This document shows positions 56,717 to 64,000 of a DNA stretch of 64,000 nt, one piece after another. The notes below the pieces were generated by a model that saw only the letters and a program-made list of their open reading frames with translations, had not been told where the DNA came from and made no database searches. The position numbers and the translations under genes are program-made. How positions within the stretch are numbered: the stretch's first letter is position 1; the number at the start of each line of letters is the position of its first letter. Where the stretch lies: positions 15,128,001 to 15,192,000 of the forward strand of contig JBHGNT010000017.1 in assembly GCA_043228905.1 (NCBI GenBank). The letters run 5' to 3'. The DNA comes from Azolla caroliniana. Lineage: Eukaryota; Plantae; Polypodiophyta.

Positions 56717-59700
56717 ATACATGGTTTATTTAGATTAGGTTGGTGGATTCCCCCAACAACCTTATTACAAGGTTATTGACTTGCTCAAGAATTAACTTTC
56801 TTACCTAGGCACTTACTACCCTTAATCTATTTACACTTTTGGCATGCAATTGAGTCCTTCAATTGTCCTTTGCTCATTGGATGACCAACATCCTTACATG
56901 CTTGATTGCTAAAGCCATTTGTGTTGTCATATAATAAATTTGGCAATCATTGATTGGGAAAATATTGTTACACTTTTGGTGGGCTTTCACTCACGGAGCT
57001 AATGCTTTACTCAACAAATGTGTTAGTTAATCTTACAACAACATGGAGGGTCTAAGTAGCATTACGATCCTCACTATCGGAATAGAGGCACCAAGGTTTT
57101 TCGCATTGTCATGTTGTTTTAATACATACACTAATTTTAGATGGAAAAAGAAAGAGTTAATAACGGAGGTATAATTGGGACTAGCCCAAGTTGGTCATTG
57201 TTGGGCATTATCAAAGACCATATTGTATGATATGTATTTGTTCCTCTGTGAATTGTTTTTAGTCATTTGGTTATCGATGTATATCTATATTAAATTATGT
57301 TGTGATGTGATAATCTTTAAGTTCATCTTTTTGAGCACCCTCTCTCAAGGTGACAATGACTCACAATGTTAGAATAAACAAAACAATTGAGAGGTAACAA
57401 TATGTATGCCATGTGACATTGGCTATGTTGAGAAGACATCATTAATGTGACAAAATGTTTTCTAGTTGAGACTGAATATACATTTAATTGTGAGGATTGC
57501 ATACACTCATAAAACAGAATATTTAATATTAACCCACGATGCTCCATACAAAATTGGTTTAAATAACAATTCTTATTATTTCACACTCCAACGCTACAAA
57601 CTGGTTTAAGGAACCATTATTTGTCTCATTTTCAAGCTTTTGAGGCAAACTTTGTGCATTTCTTGAGTCTGTCGGCATTCACATAAGATAGAACTATTGT
57701 GTCCCTATAGGGGTTTGTATATAATACTCTCAACTGTAAAATTTTATAACTAATGGAAGGAGTTTTTTTGGAAAAAAAAAGATTTCTGCATTTCTCAATT
57801 TTATGAATTCCTAAATATTTAATGCATTCATAAACAAAAGGCTATGCATTAGAATGTAGCCACTGGCTACCATATAATACTTCGTTTTTCTTATAGTTAT
57901 GAATAATACTTGCTAGAGTTGTGTCCTATCTTCTTTATATATAAGATGTATGGTACACCTCTATATCCTTGGTCAAATTATTTGTATGCATGATCGTGCA
58001 CTTAAGTTCTATATTGACCTTTGATAATTCTAGCTAGATCTTAAAATGCAGCAATCATGTATAATGGAACACATATGCTTTCTTCGGTATCAAATCATGC
58101 CTTGAGTAATTCTCCACTAAAGTTTTTTTATTGGACTATAATTCTCTCTCTCTCTCTCTCTCTTTCTCTAAAGTTTATTAAAAATCATAGGGATGCACTA
58201 CACGCTATCTATTAAAAGGAAGAATAACAATTTACTCAATGAAGAAGCTCACGTTGAGTTTTTAAAAAGGTTGGAGGAGATTCAATGCTTCATTTTCATG
58301 CGGTGTTTCTTGAGTAGTAGCAATTGTTATACATCTTAGAATACAAGAACAAAAAGTATAGTTAAAAGATATGAGGGTACATGCAGAATAACATGCGATC
58401 ACCTTGAGATATATCCACATTCTTACAATCTTACACCATTACAATATAGAGATCATCAACTTCCTAGTAAAGGAGAGATTATGGAGTCTCTTAAGAAGAA
58501 ACATTCCTTAGATGATTGTGGAGTGCCAAGCTTTGCTAAACCATGGATACAGTTAGGCAAAAGAGCGAGAAACTCGGCACATGCTAGCTGTAGAGCTCAT
58601 GGAGACGTGCATAAAACATAAGATGAGAGAAATTAAGGGTACTATATTGTCGACATCCATCTATCCATCAAAAACCCTCCAAGATGTGAAAGAGAAAGTC
58701 AACAATAGTGTTGTCAATCGTACTGAGCAAAACATTTACCATCTCATAGGTTTGTTTTCATAATGCCACCATAGCCTTTATCTAGTATTCTAAGGTACGT
58801 AAATAATAGTTTGTTGTTCCATCATAATTACTATCGATGCATATTGTCCAATGCACAATAGTTGCAATCTTTATTCATACCAATTCATCTGCTTTATAAA
58901 TGCTTAAAAATTCTTCCCAATTCAATCAATTGTTCATTTTTTATTCCTCTTGCAGATCAATATAAACAATTCTTTTTGGATAAAAGCACAATTCCATAAT
59001 CCAAACAATCCCAATATAAACTTTGGGCTTAACCGATATGTTGGTGACAAATACATGCCAATATACACTCATGTCTTATAGTCGATAACATAAAATAGTG
59101 GAATCTTTTAGAATATGCACTCAATAATATTGTGTTAAAAAAGTATGAAGCATATATTGATCAAGTACAAGGATTTATATATGCTTTCACTTATCTATGT
59201 ATGTTATGTTAACATCTCCATTACTTTGTCCAATCAATCTAAGAAAATTTCTCTTAATCCTCTTAGTTCATCGATATCATTTTGTCTTGTTTTGTTGCTT
59301 GTGGTATTAGCACCAATTAAGTCATATATATGAATGTATGGAATATCTAACCCATTTTTCCTCAGAGTGTTTCCTAGTGAATAAAATACAATACATGATT
59401 ATTTATATATTACTAAAGTTCAATATTAACTCTAGAAAAAGCATATGAAAAAACTCAGATCACCTTGGTCATTAAAAGAGGATAATAACATTTGTTTGAT
59501 GTAAAGTTCTAATTATTTCATATAAGTTATGAACATTTGGTCGACATTATCTTGATGCTATTTGGTTTGAAGAATTGAATACATTCTTATTGCGAGATAA
59601 TTTACTTTGTTCATTGGTTCGTTTGATGGTTTCTAGACATGAATATTTCTTAAACTTGGTTCAAAAACTTTACCTCCCAAACACTCGATAAGATTTAAAC

Positions 59701-60959
59701 CAATTATGATTATCCTCACTAATAAATGGCAATCTATGCATGATGGATACTGTGATTAAAGCACTAATAATTTCTTTATTAGATAATCTCTTGTCCTCAA
59801 AGACAAACCGCCTCATGCATGTGCAATTTTATTTATAAATTCTATTTTAGTTTTTTACAATTGAGAAATTACAAAATCACCCTATTTTAATTTCAACTCC
59901 CCCTTTGATATAATTACGTTTGTGTCTTGAGTGATCTTGAAGGTAGCATTGATCCTTTAGGATGCTGTATCTTGGGATTCTGAACTCCGATTCACAAATC
60001 GAAAATTCCTACATGCTCCTTGTTGCAAGGTCCAAATAGAAAATGTACTTCTAAATATTTTTAAGCTCATTTAGATATCTTGAAGCCTCAACTTCACGAC
60101 ATCACTTCCACGGGTTTGGGTTGGGATGGTCTCAACATACTTGTATAAGACAAGTACGTAGAGATGTCCGTGGTATCGTTTAGTGTATGAGAGAAGGTAT
60201 TGGTAAACATGCACGATAGTATCGATCATGGAAAGCCATGCCTTCTTGGACAGACTCTCGAAAGTGACTTACAACCCTAGTTCATAATATTCGTGTACGT
60301 CCAATTTAGTAGATGTATGCGAACATTTGCATAAGTTTGCGTATGATACGTGGTATTTGTTTCCTTTAGGGTTTTCTTTTTTTGATATACGCGCGGTGCA
60401 TTGAAATTTGAGAAGGACAAAACGAACAAGGGACGCAACCTCCACTTGGGGCTCTCCATTGGACATCCTGATTCCTCACAATCACCCTCCATCCATCCTC
60501 ACTCTCTGCCCTCCATCCCGATTCCTTGCAATCACCCTCCATCCATCCTCACCTGCTTGTGGCCTTAACGATTTGTCTTGTCTGATTCTTCTTTAAAGGT
60601 ACTTACAGTTACTTGTAGTCCCATATATCTCAAATTTTGCTTATGCTTGGCTCTTTCTATCTCAGATTCTCAAGGTAGTAGGCTTGCATGTAGGCTGATG
60701 TAGAATTCTAATATTTAGACATAATGTTGAAGACTAAGTGTGTGATTCCCTAAGATCGTGAGTTAAAGTCTTCAATAATGGGTTTGATTTGCTTTCATTG
60801 TAAAATTATTTCATAAAACTCACTCGAAACAATGCAAACTATTGATTTGAATACAACAGTCTTACGTTTCTCTCTTCTTTCATAAGGAAGAGAGTTATTG
60901 ATTTATTATTGAATAAGAGGGCCACAAAGCTAAGCTAATGAATTTTTGGTATCTACGCA

Positions 60960-61129
60960 TATAACATTTGTTTGATCATCTCTACCAAGTATATCCAAAT
61001 TAATAATTAGTGTCACATTTTGAAATTGATGCTATCATTGAGTACTTCTACCTTGGGAGGAGAAAGGTTAATGTGACACCAATTATTAATTTGGATATAC
61101 TTGGTAGAGATGATCAAACAAACGCTATG
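60960..61129. repeat. Inverted repeat with ~55-60-bp arms and a 50-bp spacer
   Basis: TTTGTTTGATCATCTCTACCAAGTATATCCAAATTAATAATT.GTGTCACATT and its reverse complement from 61070. Confidence 0.9.
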
Positions 61130-61326
61130 GACAAATACATTGTTTCTTAATTGCATGATTGTATTTACTTGTTAGAATGCTAATTGTTAGAATGCTTGGT
61201 TCTTTCTATCTCAAGGTAGTAGGCTTGCTTGTTATAGGCTAATATATGCAAAGGGAATCCAATTTGGGGTCAAAATACATCATATATGCTATTGAAAATT
61301 TGAATGTGCATTGTGTATTTTTCTTA

Positions 61327-61504
61327 TGTTTTGTTTTATTTTCACATCAATGTGATTGTATTTTTATGAAATCACTTCCTAAATTGCAAATTTATACATC
61401 AATGTGATTGTAGTATGTTTTGTTTTATTTTCACACCAATGTGATTGTATTTTTATGAAATCACTTCCTAAATTGCAAATGTATACATCAATGTGATTGT
61501 AGTA
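61327..61504. repeat. Tandem duplication of an ~89-bp unit
   Basis: tgttttgttttattttcaca...aatgtgattgtagta occurs twice. Confidence 0.85.
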
Positions 61505-61506
61505 TA

Positions 61507-61734
61507 GGTAAGCAAAAGAGTTTTTTATGGGATCATGTTATTGTGGTGAAAAGAAATGACAAAGGAATGCATGTAAATGAATGCAAACATTGCAAGCATG
61601 TATTTGTTGGTGATCCACACAGAATTAAAGCACACATATTGGGGTTTAAAGGTCAATGTGTTGATAAATGCCGCAATGTGATTGGACCAATAAAAGATCA
61701 GATAAGAAAATTGATATCATATGTTGATGGTCAT
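61507..61734 (+). pseudogene. BED zinc-finger exon of a hAT-type transposase, cut by a copia insertion
   Basis: LWDHV...ECKHCKHVFVGDPHRIKAHILGFKGQCVDKC fits the plant hAT BED finger pattern. Confidence 0.7.
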
Positions 61735-64000
61735 TGTTGAACGAGCAAGCTCAACTTGGGTCGGATCGGTTGAAGAAGCCGAGAGCCGAATCAGATAGAG
61801 ACTGATCGGCTAGGCTTGAATCGACTGAATAAACTGAAAGCCGAATCGGCTGGTCATTAGGGGCCTTTATTCCTACTTTAGTAAATAGGAATATTATAGG
61901 CAGAGTCAGGCTCATTCATGAGCATAAAAGTACTGATAGTACTCGTGTCAACCCGCTGTTAGGGCTTGTATAAAAGTGCTCAATGAGCACAATCATATGT
62001 ACAAAGCATTATTATTTTGAATACATTCCTGTTGTTTGCTCACACACACACACTCTCTCTCATTGTGTATCTCCATTCTCTGTGTTTACCTAATTGTTGT
62101 CTATTATTCGGCGTAACTAACTATATTGTTAACTCTCAAGCTTCCGCACATATTCTTTTTCATGGTAGTAGATGCGAGGGTTGAGAATCTTCTGTAGCCA
62201 ATCGAAAAGCAAAGACTACATAGAGACATTTCTTTCTTCCGGAGCAACAAGAACATGGACAAAGGAATGGGCAACTTGCTTCCAATGGAGAAGCTCGACA
62301 GAAGCAACTACGCATCTTGGACATACAAGAGTACTGGCTTGGACACAGATACTGGAGTTATGTCAAATGAGCGAACAAAGTACCACTAGAGCCGACACAG
62401 AGAGACTTCCCATCTTGGGAGCAAGCAACAAGCTAAGTCTTGTACTGCCTTGCCTCTTGTGTCCATGACCAGATGCTTGGGTAAATAAGATACGTGAAGT
62501 CGCGGAAGAATGCTTGGGGGAACATGAAGAGGGTATTGACCGCCAACACCACAACCCGTAAGTTACAACTCAAACATGAGCTGAACAACATCTGACAAGG
62601 AGGTATGTTGGTAACTGACTACACCATAAAGATCAAGGAGATCTGTGATGCACTTGGGTCCATCAGTGTTACTGTGGACGAAGACGAGATGGTGCAAATA
62701 TGCCTCGATGGGTTAGCTCAGAAATACGGGCTGATTCGAATAATTATCTGCATAAGAGAGAATACTCCTTCATTTTTAGACTTATTGTCGATGGTCCTTG
62801 TAGAGGGGAACCACATTGGTGTGTCAATTAATATGCACGCCAAAAATAAGATGTTGTACATGGATGTGGATCAGCCCTGTGGCCATGGTGGACAAGGTGG
62901 GTCGGCACGCATTGGAGGCATCTGACAAGAGCAGAAAAGATGGCACAGAGGTGGTGTTGATAACAGTTCTGGACCCTCTACGAGCAGGGGGAGTCAAGGT
63001 GGAGCCCAAAGTCGGCAAGGAAAGGTTGCAACGGATTGTTGGTACTATGGACGAAAGGGCCATAGAGAGAGTGAGTGTTGGAAGAAGCGAGCTGATTCGG
63101 ACCTATCTAGATTGAGCCGAGGGGACAAAGATAGGCGTTAAAGATCGCATTATGCTGAAGGTTCAGGGTGAGCCAGATAGGACCTTGCCTTTGTAATGAA
63201 GCACAAAGCCAACTTGATGGCGATGAGCAACTCAAAATTGAAGGAGGTGTGGTTTGTCGACTTCGGCACATCAAACCACATGATGAACCTTGAAGAATGG
63301 TTCTCCTATCTCGAGAAGCTGGAACAACCAGGGGTCATCGAAACCGGTGACGACACCCCTCACCCCATTGAACATATCAGAGATGTCCCCCTAAGCCATG
63401 TCGGCCAGAGAGGAATCATGAATAATGTCTTGCATGTGCCGACAATCACCAAGAATTTGGTGTCGGTTGGACAAATTGTCGACCAAGGCATGCAAGATCG
63501 ATTTACACACCTCGGATGCGTCATCGAAGAAGAAGGCAAGATCATCGCGCAAGGGCACAAGGAGGATGTTTATCCTTGAAACGAACGACTTCGACACCGC
63601 TATGTTTGCTAGAGGGCAGAAAGTCGAATAAGATATCAACCTGTGGCACAAGTGGTTCAACCACATCAACTTCTCACGGCTTCGAGATATGCAAACAAAT
63701 AACATTGTTTTTGGTCTACCCAAATTTAGTGGTTGGAACAGCCAAGTCTACGAAGCCTATCAACTTGGGAAGCATCACCAACTTCCATTCCCCAATGTGC
63801 ACAATCGGAGCCGTAACAAGATCGATTTAATCCATTCAGATGTGTGAGGGCCGGCGTAGAACGTGAGTATCGGTGGGAGTCATTACTCTGTAACCCTCAT
63901 CGATGACTGCATTCGGCACACCTAGGCATGCTTGGTCGAGAAGAACAACGAAGTCTTCTCCTGTTTCTTGAAGGTGAAGAGCCTTGCCAAATGGGACACA
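61735..64000 (+). mobile_element. Decayed Ty1/copia element running off the window (gag related to 59-1772)
   Basis: LTR TGTTG(61735)...TTCA(62162); degenerate PBS TGGTAGTAGATGC; gag MGNLLPMEKLDRSNYASW; CWYYGRKGHRESEC; WFVDFGTSNHM; LWHKWFNHIN; IHSDV*GP. Confidence 0.88.

Noticed and set aside
58100-59915. Very old minus-strand copia remnant (CTCCCCCTTTGAT near 59897)
   Set aside because: No translatable motifs or LTR pair could be confirmed by eye.

Overview
This is eukaryotic land-plant nuclear DNA dominated by transposons. A non-seed plant (fern, lycophyte or bryophyte) is suggested by the Tcn1-like chromovirus, but that is inference. One host gene is supported: an intronless P2B Ca2+-ATPase (ACA8/9/10-like, 36077-39580, minus strand). 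Bases ~1.8-34.6 kb form a nested transposon stack that can be reassembled from target-site duplications (TSDs). An old Ty3/gypsy element is split by a solo LTR, a decayed copia (carrying a MITE and a tRNA-derived SINE), a TIR DNA transposon and a chromovirus. The TIR transposon has an atypical 4-bp TSD and carries a palindrome array, a templated SINE copy and a very young chimeric copia. The chromovirus carries a Tcn1-like element and a solo LTR. The right half holds a tandem duplication, solo LTRs, MITEs, foldbacks, a decayed L1-type LINE, a hAT BED-finger remnant and a decayed copia. The most interesting signals are: (i) outward-facing tRNA-like Pol III cassettes at the U3 tips of two different LTR families; (ii) a SINE and a LINE sharing a 3' tail with a C(UUCG)G hairpin; (iii) a self-priming site plus a -1 frameshift slippery site and pseudoknot in the Tcn1-like element; (iv) the 4-bp-TSD, possibly Sola-like transposon; (v) a three-LTR recombinant copia. 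All calls were made by eye; no searches were run.
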